DNA from: a virus
Strand: one strand, 5' to 3'
Virus record (IMG/VR): IMGVR_UViG_3300045988_121014
Location: 1-46,022 of that record
DNA length: 46,022 nucleotides
The notes beneath the pieces were generated by a model that did not search any database, was not told the DNA's origin, and saw only the letters and a program-made list of their open reading frames with translations. The position numbers were made by a program, and so were the translations under genes. Positions 24,201-31,502 of this stretch are shown here, piece by piece. Within the stretch, counting starts at the first letter, position 1; every line of letters begins with the position of its first letter.

Positions 24201-24977
24201 AAAGAATTTCTGCCATGTCGGTTCGGCTTTCTTTACGCTCTTGGTTGACGCTTCATTATTTTTAATGAAGGTCTGAATCCTCTGCGGGAACGCTGAGAAT
24301 CCGCGGGCGATTTTGTCCATTTCGGTTGCGAGGGGTGCCATTGCCGCCGTGAGCCGTTCAATTGTCGCGGCAAACTTGTCCATGTCGACGGCTTCAAGAT
24401 CCTTCGACAGCTGAGTGAATTTACCGAGCTGATTTATAAATGAAGTGAGGTGCGCGGGGGTGAGAGCCGACAGCGGCTGCAACGCGGTCGCAAGGTCTTT
24501 GAAGCGTGCGAGGTTGACGCCTTGCAAGTTCTTTGCCGCGTCTCCGATGCTCTGGAGTTGATGCCCGATAGACGCTGAGATTTGCGGCATTTTCGCACCG
24601 CTGAGTTGGGTCAGAGCGGATGCCAGTGACGATATCCGCTTTACGTCCGACTCGGTGACGCCGCTCAGCGCGGTATCCAGGGCGGTGATCTGGTTCGAGA
24701 GTGATTTCGGCACGGCGGCGCTGACCTTCCCGACCGACTTGAGGTCGAGCAGTGACGAAGCGAGAGCCGTGATTTTGTCAGCGTTGTTCCCGATCCCGCC
24801 TATTGCCGTCGAAAGTGAGCCGAATTGTATAATCGCGTTGTTCAGATTCAGCCCCGCGACGCTCTTTTGCAGCTTCCGAAGTCCGGACGCGAGGCTCGAG
24901 AGGTCTTTCGACGCCGTGCCCGCGCTGTGCTCTATTGCGACAGACAGACTGTCTATCTGCACTTCGTTATCTGCCAT
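21267..24977 (-). CDS. tape measure protein (1236 aa)
   Basis: Length, helical repeats, central Gly/Ala-rich TM-like block, position after the G/GT chaperones. Confidence 0.9.
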   Translation of the reverse strand: MADNEVQIDSLSVAIEHSAGTASKDLSSLASGLRKLQKSVAGLNLNNAIIQFGSLSTAIGGIGNNADKITALASSLLDLKSVGKVSAAVPKSLSNQITALDTALSGVTESDVKRISSLASALTQLSGAKMPQISASIGHQLQSIGDAAKNLQGVNLARFKDLATALQPLSALTPAHLTSFINQLGKFTQLSKDLEAVDMDKFAATIERLTAAMAPLATEMDKIARGFSAFPQRIQTFIKNNEASTKSVKKAEPTWQKFFETISKGSKKSSSGLTNFAKQLFSIATIKKVWLKATDSLESANEYIEALNLFYVSMGSYAEKAQDYANLVGDSYGVDPAEFMKMQATFMDVSKSFGTASGTAYTMSKALTQLTYDISSLYNLKVDESLNKVRSALVGEIEPIRALGKDLSVANLKLLATELGITANVDAMNQSEKAMLRTISLLRQSNSAMGDMARTLEQPANQFRILKAQLTLLGRAIGDLFLPLVQKTLPYMIAFVKVGQRIVSAFAALAGFELPKFDYADSVIKGNEGVADSADDAAKSMKKLYQLSFDELNILGSQNTGASGSGTSAADLAKLEAELNRLAKLEDDMFSKNLGETTDKIAEQIENWLTKGEGIQSWAKDIWDYFSKIKDAAKEIADKLGLWKIPQKIWDFFKFAVFKITGIDLDFGASQLRSTSGKDTLMGAVSGGIAALLGLKALSLLSLSSGDGFLGSVPMLLLSIAALSITTAAIGSTPNVTGAQTLLGAAKTGIVALLGGATISRFFLGAEGFQAFGLPLTIGLAGLTMSAVGIFELGNDTGADDLAGAIKLGIGSLLNTAAATLAGVKVAKMVGAGAAAGTAGLFAGALSIIIGATIGAVVFPDECRKAFETVSEALGHSIKNVTNSLKDTIDKAVDLGSFDFKAQFGIDENTFKVISTFGDPKLAAQLNEITSVAKQNVKTTSTELDNLNRQFYSSSTIANQNSQSIVNNTTETIKNGINDVTKTGIYKPLYGMMDKVGNELGQKGKSAGENVAKGFVAGVDYNADYVAKGMIGMANKAMVQFTDSLGIHSPSTVFEGYGINVDIGFANGVTLGLPNVKDAFGNVWTSIRVDFSAFANSLLASARTFIRQLNQVLSSVSFSSGGAAQSLIGKTPRMIPAFATGGFPEDGMFYANSGELVGRFANGRTAVANNAQIIEGIENAVYRAMTAAQRGSGRGGKIELVLDKQVVGRVFGDAIDSEKRRSGANTKITFTNGGTR

Positions 24978-25664
24978 TCAATTCACCTCCTCCGAACTTT
25001 TCCTGTAATTTTCTTTCTTTATCCTGATATTCCTGCATGAGGATCATTCTCCGTGCGTATTCCTCGGGGGAAATGGCGGACGCTTTTTCCTCCTGACTCC
25101 GCAGGTCATATGGCTTATCCGGGTACTTCCCGTTCTTCGAGAAGCACGCGCCGATGGCGTCCCGGACATATATGCCGGTCATGTACGCGTGAAAGTTTAT
25201 CCGATCGCGTTCTTCACGCTGGTTTTGCTCGTATATATCGAGAAAAGGCTTCATGCGGCGCGGATTGAGCCGCCAGAATGTGGTAAGGTCAAGCCCGATC
25301 CTGTAAGCCGCAGGAAGCCAGTTTTCGTATATCGTTTCGGCGGCGCTCAGATTCAGGTGTTCTTTGCCTGTTTCTTGTCTGCTGCCTTCGCCTTCGCGAT
25401 CATCGCTTTGAAAAAAGCGCTGTCGTCACACGCCTTCATGAATGCCGCCGAGAGGTCGGAGAGGTCGCCGCCCCCTACGATGTGGGATTCGATTTCACGT
25501 CCAGCCGCTTCGGCGTCTATGCCCGCGCAGTACGCGAGATAGGCTCTGAGCGCCGCGAGGGGCTTTGTGCCGAAGGAGTAGATATCTCCGCCGAGATCGT
25601 TGAGTTCTATGGTGGCGTTGAAGTCGATGGGTTTAGCCGTTATTTCCTTGCCGTTGATTATCAT
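24967..25664 (-). CDS. tail assembly chaperone GT fusion product via -1 frameshift at TTTTTTC
   Basis: The -1 frame is open from the slippery site (25410-25416) through to ORF 24967..25254. Checked codon by codon. Confidence 0.7.
25353..25664 (-). CDS. tail assembly chaperone G (103 aa)
   Basis: Position between the major tail and tape measure genes. AAGGAGA SD. Confidence 0.75.
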   Translation of the reverse strand: MIINGKEITAKPIDFNATIELNDLGGDIYSFGTKPLAALRAYLAYCAGIDAEAAGREIESHIVGGGDLSDLSAAFMKACDDSAFFKAMIAKAKAADKKQAKNT

Positions 25665-25684
25665 GGTTTATCTCCTTGAGTTTA

Positions 25685-26143
25685 TCAACCGCCGATAGTG
25701 GGCTTTGCCGCGAGACCGGTGACTTTGTTTACGGTGATGGTGCCGGATACCTGGAACGCCGAGTTCGAGGTGACCTCGGGGAATCTGAGCATCGAAGGCG
25801 AGCCGGAGTAGTAGAAGCTCTTTTCGTAGTTCGGGATGACCTGGGTGAACCAGAGTGTCTTGCCTGCCGCCGCCGCGGTCGCCATGGCTTCTCGCATGGT
25901 CTCCCACGCGTCGATGAAATCAGAAGCCCAGTTGCCGGTGACGTCTACGCTGCCGGTGTCGGACAGTCCCTGCTCATAGCGCTTGAATGAGGTCTCGGAG
26001 ACCGGCGTGATTTCTATGGTATCGGGAGTCGAGCCGATTTCGCCCCAGCTGACGACGTTCGGAATTTCTATCCAGCCGGTGGTGGGCTGAGTGCCCGCGG
26101 TGGCTTCGGGGGCGTAATAGAATTTGATGCCGTTGGTGGTCAT
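25685..26143 (-). CDS. major tail protein (152 aa)
   Basis: Position and strong GGAGG SD. Confidence 0.7.
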   Translation of the reverse strand: MTTNGIKFYYAPEATAGTQPTTGWIEIPNVVSWGEIGSTPDTIEITPVSETSFKRYEQGLSDTGSVDVTGNWASDFIDAWETMREAMATAAAAGKTLWFTQVIPNYEKSFYYSGSPSMLRFPEVTSNSAFQVSGTITVNKVTGLAAKPTIGG

Positions 26144-26146
26144 TTA

Positions 26147-26542
26147 TCATACCTCCATTTTGGTTGATTGAAGTTTTGAATATCTCGCGACCATCCTGTA
26201 GATGGACGCATCGTTCTCGTTCGGGAAGGGATTGCAGAAGGTACGCTGGAAGTTGTAGCTTTGCATGGTCGAGTCGACCGCCGCCATAACTGCCTTGCAT
26301 TCGCTCTTTTTCCCGCTTTTCTTGTTCGAAAACACGTCGACGGTGTAGGAAAGCCGCGCGTTGGTCTCTCCGCCGGTCACACGGAAGGAGAGCGCCTCGG
26401 AGGCGTTATCGGTTTCGCGGATGTACACATGAGGGAAGGATGACGGCTTCGGGACGAATTCGGAGACAACCGTCGCTTTCGGGAACTTCTTCGTGACCGC
26501 CGTTCGCACAGCGTCAACAAATACGTTTTCAAAATCGATCAT
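26147..26542 (-). CDS. tail terminator/tail completion protein
   Basis: Position upstream of the major tail gene. 131 aa. Confidence 0.55.
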   Translation of the reverse strand: MIDFENVFVDAVRTAVTKKFPKATVVSEFVPKPSSFPHVYIRETDNASEALSFRVTGGETNARLSYTVDVFSNKKSGKKSECKAVMAAVDSTMQSYNFQRTFCNPFPNENDASIYRMVARYSKLQSTKMEV

Positions 26543-27042
26543 CTCTTCTTCGCCTCCTGTAATACCTCTTCAAAAGCTCTGTACAGCGGCATTTGCGCCG
26601 CTGTTCCGTGGGTGATGACGAGGTTGCCGTCTTCGGCGTAGTAGCCCCACGCCTTCTGGTTTCCTTGTCCCTTGCCATATCCTCCGATAACGAATCCGAG
26701 GTCTGCGCCGTCAGGGTGAGGGGACGTTCCGGCGGGGGGATTATAATAGACTCCTGCCCCGAACTCGATGAACGTCACCTCGTCCCCTTCGGCGACGACT
26801 TTATAGCCGGTGCCGGTCTTTTCTACCCGGCATTTAACGTCGGCTTCGCCCCTGACGCCTCTGGCAAGGCTGTCGTACCATGCCGCGTCGAAGTTGCTCT
26901 GCGCTTTTTCGCATATCCGTTCGGCAAGGTCGCGCGCGGCGTCATCAAGCCGGTTCCGGTTGGCTGACATGAGGGATGCTACCTCATCGAGAGCCGACTG
27001 TATGCTGCCGGACGAGAGCCGGACAGTTATGCGTTTGCGCAT
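26539..27042 (-). CDS. HK97 gp10-like neck/head-tail joining protein (167 aa)
   Basis: GGAGGAAA SD before MRKRITV. Position. The upstream part of the track ORF is Arg-rich. Confidence 0.55.
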   Translation of the reverse strand: MRKRITVRLSSGSIQSALDEVASLMSANRNRLDDAARDLAERICEKAQSNFDAAWYDSLARGVRGEADVKCRVEKTGTGYKVVAEGDEVTFIEFGAGVYYNPPAGTSPHPDGADLGFVIGGYGKGQGNQKAWGYYAEDGNLVITHGTAAQMPLYRAFEEVLQEAKKR

Positions 27043-27059
27043 TGTGTTTTCCTCCGCGG

Positions 27060-27413
27060 CTACGCGCCTACGTCGACTTGCTTCAGCGCGACGAGGGTTC
27101 CGTTGATCGACTTCGATACACGCCTGACTCGGTAATTGTACGGGGCGGTCGGCTCTGTGTCCAGCCAGACCACTGCGTTCTCGTCGAGGTCGGTCGTTTC
27201 GGTGCATAGCACCTTGTCGTAGTCGATCATCGTCCCGAACCCGGCGGCGTAAGAATCGCCTTTGGCAGCGGAGATGTTGCCCCACGCCTTTACGGGCTCG
27301 GTGTAGATGACTTCCTGCTCGCCTGTGTAATTGCCGTTTTCGTCGGTGACGTCCTGAGTGCCCGCGAAGAGGGCGTACCAGTACGGAATCCGGTTCTTCG
27401 CGAGGGTTCTCAT
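27060..27413 (-). CDS. head closure/head-tail adaptor protein
   Basis: Position. 117 aa. Confidence 0.55.
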   Translation of the reverse strand: MRTLAKNRIPYWYALFAGTQDVTDENGNYTGEQEVIYTEPVKAWGNISAAKGDSYAAGFGTMIDYDKVLCTETTDLDENAVVWLDTEPTAPYNYRVRRVSKSINGTLVALKQVDVGA

Positions 27414-27742
27414 GATATCACCCCGACATACGGCATTACGTTTTTATGGATGTATTCGAGGCAGGACGAATACCCGAACTGCCTCGATATTCCGTTTTCG
27501 TTGTGCGCGGTCTCACCTTCGCCGCCGATCTGCGAGAAGCTGATCATGACGGCGTTCAACTGGACGCTTTCGTATTCCTGCGGCACGTCGGTCACGTCGT
27601 CCGGTATGTTCCCGGTCGCCCCGTATCTCCACGAGAGAATTTCGTCTCTTGTGAAGTCGAGGAACGCCGAGAGCGTGTCGTCGTCCGTGTCGGGAAGCCG
27701 CATCATCCGTTTCAGCCGGATCAGCTTCTCGTCTACGGTCAT
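27410..27742 (-). CDS. gp6-like head-tail connector protein
   Basis: N-terminal ...LKRMMRLPDTDDDTLSAFLDFTRDEI resembles the gp6-like connector family. Directly after the capsid gene. Confidence 0.6.
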   Translation of the reverse strand: MTVDEKLIRLKRMMRLPDTDDDTLSAFLDFTRDEILSWRYGATGNIPDDVTDVPQEYESVQLNAVMISFSQIGGEGETAHNENGISRQFGYSSCLEYIHKNVMPYVGVIS

Positions 27743-27745
27743 GGT

Positions 27746-28768
27746 TTAGCCGTTCGTGAGGAGGCGTGCGATCGGGATTTCCTTCGGAGCGAACTTAAGA
27801 GCCCAGTTTGCGGACGCCTCGAGCTGCGCGTCGGTGGGGGAGTTGGTCCAGCCGGTGGAAGGCAGCTTGAACGAGAAGCCGTTCGGGTGGATGCACTCGC
27901 GGATTCTGGTGATGAGAGTGTCCTGACCGTTGTTCTTCGTCGGCTCGCGGAAAGTCTCGACCGGCACGTCCTGTCTTGCCCAGCAGTGGCGGAGAACGCC
28001 GGTGCCGAGGAGGTAGGTCGTGTACTTCTTGAGGTCCTTGTTCGCCTCAGAGCCGCCGACCGCGGTGACCGGAACGCCGTCGTCGATGATGACGGTATAG
28101 CCGTTCACGGACGCGAGGCCGAGGTTTCTCTGGATGCCGTTCGCGTCGGTCTGCTTCCAGTACTCGAGAACCTGGAGGTTTTCGAGGGTGCGGGCGACCG
28201 AGGAGTGCATGATAGCGAGCTTGTACGCGTCCTTGTTGTCGCCGAGGGTATCGGTTGCAAGGTCGTTGAGGTCGGTCTCGTTGATCTTTCTCGCGGTCGC
28301 GGTCGCGGAGCCGACGTCGACGGTGTGAGCGGTCCACGCGGCGTTGCCGGTGATGCCGAAGATTGCGCCGAGGATGGCGATAATCTTCTTCTGGCGGTAC
28401 TTCGCCCAGAATTTCGCGGTGGACGAGATGATGTGGCCCATCGGGTCTGCGCCGGAAAGCTCGCCGACGAAGTCACGCGCGGTCCATGCGACGTCGCGGC
28501 CATACGCGACGTAATTCTGCTGATCCGCCTGGGTCTCGGTCGAGGTGATGTCGGTCTGACCGTCGTGGTTCACGGGAGTGCCGGCGAGGGTCTTGTAGAA
28601 CGGAATGGTGCCGTAGTTGCCGGAGGATATGAGTCTCGAGGCGAGCACCGGATCTTCAACCATTACGCCGGAATCGAGGAGCGCGGTCTTTTCGGAGTCG
28701 GGCTCCGCAAGCCAGCGGGCAATGAAGAGATCGTCGTCAAAGGGGTAGTTGAGGTAGGTCTTGGACAT
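27746..28768 (-). CDS. major capsid protein (340 aa)
   Basis: Size and position after the scaffold gene. AAAGGATGA SD. Confidence 0.75.
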   Translation of the reverse strand: MSKTYLNYPFDDDLFIARWLAEPDSEKTALLDSGVMVEDPVLASRLISSGNYGTIPFYKTLAGTPVNHDGQTDITSTETQADQQNYVAYGRDVAWTARDFVGELSGADPMGHIISSTAKFWAKYRQKKIIAILGAIFGITGNAAWTAHTVDVGSATATARKINETDLNDLATDTLGDNKDAYKLAIMHSSVARTLENLQVLEYWKQTDANGIQRNLGLASVNGYTVIIDDGVPVTAVGGSEANKDLKKYTTYLLGTGVLRHCWARQDVPVETFREPTKNNGQDTLITRIRECIHPNGFSFKLPSTGWTNSPTDAQLEASANWALKFAPKEIPIARLLTNG

Positions 28769-28804
28769 TGTTTAATCATCCTTTCGAAAAATGAGGTTGT
28801 GCGG

Positions 28805-29347
28805 TCACGCCTTGAAGAGTGCCGCGAATTCGGTCGGATTATCGTTCTTGAACTGGACCTGTTCGGCGAAAGTGAGCTTGCCGAAAGCTTCTTTGGTCAT
28901 GGCGGTCGTTGCGGGAGCCTGCGAGGGGGCTTTGACGCCGGCCGCGAGTTCGCCCTTGACCTTGTTCGCCGTCGCTTCTCCATAAGCCTTGAACGCCGCT
29001 GCAATCGCCGTAGCGACCGAGGTCGTCTGTTCTGCGTCGGTGGTGACAATGCCGTCGAGGAAGGTCTCGTAAGCTTCCTTGGTCATGCCGTTCCCCGCGA
29101 GGATGCTTGCGGCTTCCTGCCGGTTCGCTTTGACGGTGAGCTGCTCGATCTGCTGCCTCTGCGCTTCGAGGCGTTCGGTCAGAGTGCCTTCATTGGTCTT
29201 CATGTCCTTCTTCGCTTTGGCGAGGTCGGACGCGGTTTTGTCGAAGGTCTCCTTGTTCACGAAGTTTTTGGTTGAGAGCGCGGTCGCGATCTCTTCCGCG
29301 GTCATCCCTTCGCGGTAGTCTTCGCCGAGTAAATCTCTGAGTTCCAT
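28805..29347 (-). CDS. scaffolding protein (180 aa)
   Basis: Helical, charged, Ala/Glu/Lys-rich. Lies between the portal and capsid genes. Confidence 0.65.
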   Translation of the reverse strand: MELRDLLGEDYREGMTAEEIATALSTKNFVNKETFDKTASDLAKAKKDMKTNEGTLTERLEAQRQQIEQLTVKANRQEAASILAGNGMTKEAYETFLDGIVTTDAEQTTSVATAIAAAFKAYGEATANKVKGELAAGVKAPSQAPATTAMTKEAFGKLTFAEQVQFKNDNPTEFAALFKA

Positions 29348-29472
29348 GTGATAATCCCTTTCTGCGTTTGGTGAGGCGGTTCTCTCCGCCATAGATTCGC
29401 GTTTTTCGGACTTCTCTGTCCATTGTTTAATAAATTAAAACCAGCGTCGCCCCGGGAGTGGGCTTAATAAAT

Positions 29473-29529
29473 TAAAAAGAGCACCAGAACCGACAGGCTG
29501 TGTAAAAGCCTGTAGATATCTGGCGCTCT
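29473..29529 (-). terminator. composite hairpin plus U-run inside the late operon
   Basis: Minus RNA reads AGAGCGCCAGA..ACAGGCU-uuuacac-AGCCUGU..UCUGGUGCUCU followed by UUUUAAUUU. Confidence 0.6.
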
Positions 29530-29563
29530 TGGCGCTCTGTGTTGTAGTGCGGGGTGTTCCCGC

Positions 29564-29749
29564 TTATGACGCGACCGTGCGTATGACGGCGTGTGAGCCT
29601 TCTGTGTGGGCTCTGACCGTCGTTCCGCAGCCGCGACACTTTATCTCCGCCACACCGCTTATTGCTCCGAGGAGCCTTCCGCAGTGCGGGCAGCGCACTT
29701 TAATCAGTTCCGGAGCTTCCGCCGCCGGAACTTTCTTTGTTTCCGTCAT
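29564..29749 (-). CDS. Com-like zinc-finger protein (Mu Com family pattern)
   Basis: IKVRCPHCGRLLGAISGVAEIKCRGCGT fits the RC..C.+LL...G..EIKC..C pattern. GGAGG SD. Confidence 0.65.
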   Translation of the reverse strand: MTETKKVPAAEAPELIKVRCPHCGRLLGAISGVAEIKCRGCGTTVRAHTEGSHAVIRTVAS

Positions 29750-31262
29750 TGCTTCCGCCTCCGGGCTTGTCCTGCCCTGACTTGTCCCGCGCGGTGCTCT
29801 CGAGGAGTTGGAGCCGCGCGGCGAGGTATGGGATCGAGTCGATATACGCCTGGTTCGGATCGTCGAACAGGTGAGGTATGCCGAACGCGATTTCGGGGTG
29901 TACTCCGGCGTCGAGAAGGTTCATGAGAGCCTGCGTTTTGACGAGCATATTCTCAGTGTTGCCCTTCGTGAACCGGATGTCGATGTCGGCGAGCCCGAGG
30001 TCGAGCTTGCCGTATGTTTTGAGAAGCGACAGCGCGATGCGGAGGAACTGTTTTTCGCTTCGTTCCCACTGCATAACGGTGTCTCTGGCGCAGCTTTCCG
30101 CCATTGCCCATCCGTCGCGGAGCAGTACGGCGTTGCCGGTGTCTCCGGTCGTGCGGTTCGCGCCGTTTCTGTCCGGCATACCGCAGATTGTGAGGGCTTG
30201 CTGATAGAGGTGGTCGATTTCGACCTGAGTTTGTGACTGGTCGAGTTCGGACGAGATGATGTCGACGTCCGAGGGGTTCGAGTTGTCCGACTTGATGACG
30301 ATAGCGCCTTCCTGCCGGAACTCTTTATACTTCTCGGGATCAATCTGGCAGTTGACGAATTTAATGAAACTCTGGACGAACTGTTCCGTGCCGTCGAGCC
30401 GGTTCGAGGACAGTTTGTTGATGCCGTCGAGGACTTCGAGAACGACTTCGAATGAGCCGAGCCGCGCGTTGTTGAGCGGGTATTCGATGATCGGCACCGC
30501 CCCGATGCCGTGGAGTCTCGAGGACGTGACGGTGTTGTTCACGATCTCGAACTGCATCGTATCGGTCCAGACGGTGTAGATTGTCTGCTGATTGTCCCTG
30601 AGCGTCTCCTGGAACGCCATGACCGGCTTCGCGCCGAGCTCTTTTGAGTAGACGACGCCGGTCCGTCTCGGGTCGAGACTGCCGATTTCGATTTTTTCGT
30701 CGTTTTCGAGGCTGCCGATGACATATCGGAACGCGGTTCCGCAGATGTGGTTCCACTCGGCTATGTCGTGGTCGATAGCTTCCTTGTCGAGGACGTGCAT
30801 GATTTCGTTGAGCCGCCCGACCTTTTCGGACACCGGATCGCGCGTCTGCGCGGCGGTGATCTCGTCGGGGGTCATGGTCATGCGGGCCTCTCCGCTCCGG
30901 ATTTTCCGGCGCGTGTACGCGATGGGCGCTCCGAGGAGGTACGCGACCTTGAAGGAGACGATTTCCCACGCGTGATTTTCGACGATTTTGTTGTTGATCT
31001 CCGGTCGTACTTCCTTGACGCGGTTGAGGATGGGCTGTCTGCCCTTGTAGTAGCCGTAGAGATAATTTATGTCGCTCTGGTTCCGGTGAAAGGTCGGAAG
31101 GACCTCGTTCAGCACCTGTACGACGTTCTCCACGTCGACCGTTTCTGCGTCGGTGTAGATGACGTGTCGTCCGGTCAGTACCGGAGAGACGTCGGGGAGG
31201 TCTGCCGCGCCGAATATGGGCGTTCCGTCATCTGCGTACCCTTCGACTTTTGGTTCCGCCAT
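29700..31262 (-). CDS. portal protein (SPP1 gp6-like)
   Basis: INYLYGYYKGRQPILNRVKEVRPEINNKIVENHAWEIV is a portal-family motif. Start chosen at MAEPKVE after GGTGGTGAAAGA. Confidence 0.85.
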   Translation of the reverse strand: MAEPKVEGYADDGTPIFGAADLPDVSPVLTGRHVIYTDAETVDVENVVQVLNEVLPTFHRNQSDINYLYGYYKGRQPILNRVKEVRPEINNKIVENHAWEIVSFKVAYLLGAPIAYTRRKIRSGEARMTMTPDEITAAQTRDPVSEKVGRLNEIMHVLDKEAIDHDIAEWNHICGTAFRYVIGSLENDEKIEIGSLDPRRTGVVYSKELGAKPVMAFQETLRDNQQTIYTVWTDTMQFEIVNNTVTSSRLHGIGAVPIIEYPLNNARLGSFEVVLEVLDGINKLSSNRLDGTEQFVQSFIKFVNCQIDPEKYKEFRQEGAIVIKSDNSNPSDVDIISSELDQSQTQVEIDHLYQQALTICGMPDRNGANRTTGDTGNAVLLRDGWAMAESCARDTVMQWERSEKQFLRIALSLLKTYGKLDLGLADIDIRFTKGNTENMLVKTQALMNLLDAGVHPEIAFGIPHLFDDPNQAYIDSIPYLAARLQLLESTARDKSGQDKPGGGSNDGNKESSGGGSSGTD

Positions 31263-31405
31263 TCTTTCACCACCAGTTCTTTGAAAATTCGCCCCGACGT
31301 GAGAAAGGTTAAAAACAGCGTCGGGGCGGAGGAGAAAACCATATCCGCAAACGGGCGGAGCATGGCAGACAGGCGGAAGGGGAAAGGGGGCGCCCGTCAT
31401 GTAAT

Positions 31406-31434
31406 ATTATACACCTTAAACGAATTTTTGTCAA
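31406..31434 (-). promoter_or_regulatory. perfect TTGACA-N17-TATAAT promoter between terL and portal
   Basis: Reverse complement of 31406-31434 = TTGACAaaaattcgtttaaggtgTATAAT. Confidence 0.75.
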
Positions 31435-31463
31435 GTGTTCCGGATAAACTTGTTGCATTATTA

Positions 31464-31497
31464 CGAAATTCCGTCATGGAAGGCGAAATTCCGTCAT
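31464..31497. repeat. 14-nt perfect direct repeat CGAAATTCCGTCAT x2 (20-nt period) upstream of the -35
   Basis: 31464-31477 and 31484-31497 are identical. Confidence 0.8.
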
Positions 31498-31502
31498 ACG
31501 TG

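Noticed and set aside
27446-29275. 609-aa plus-strand ORF, the longest plus-strand ORF in the late region
   Set aside because: It lies entirely antisense to the capsid, scaffold and connector genes, has a Gly/Arg/Val/Glu-rich low-complexity composition and no SD. It is a shadow ORF of GC-rich coding DNA. The same reasoning applies to the other plus-strand ORFs between 9.8 and 33.4 kb and between 37 and 46 kb.
29700-31400. N-terminal extensions of track ORFs (portal from 31400, and also 2104-2829, 2622-3293, 26539-27285, 40055-40948, 17115-17606)
   Set aside because: The extensions are Arg/Pro-rich, overlap upstream genes or promoters and lack SDs. Internal ATGs with strong GGAGG-type SDs give starts consistent with operon packing.
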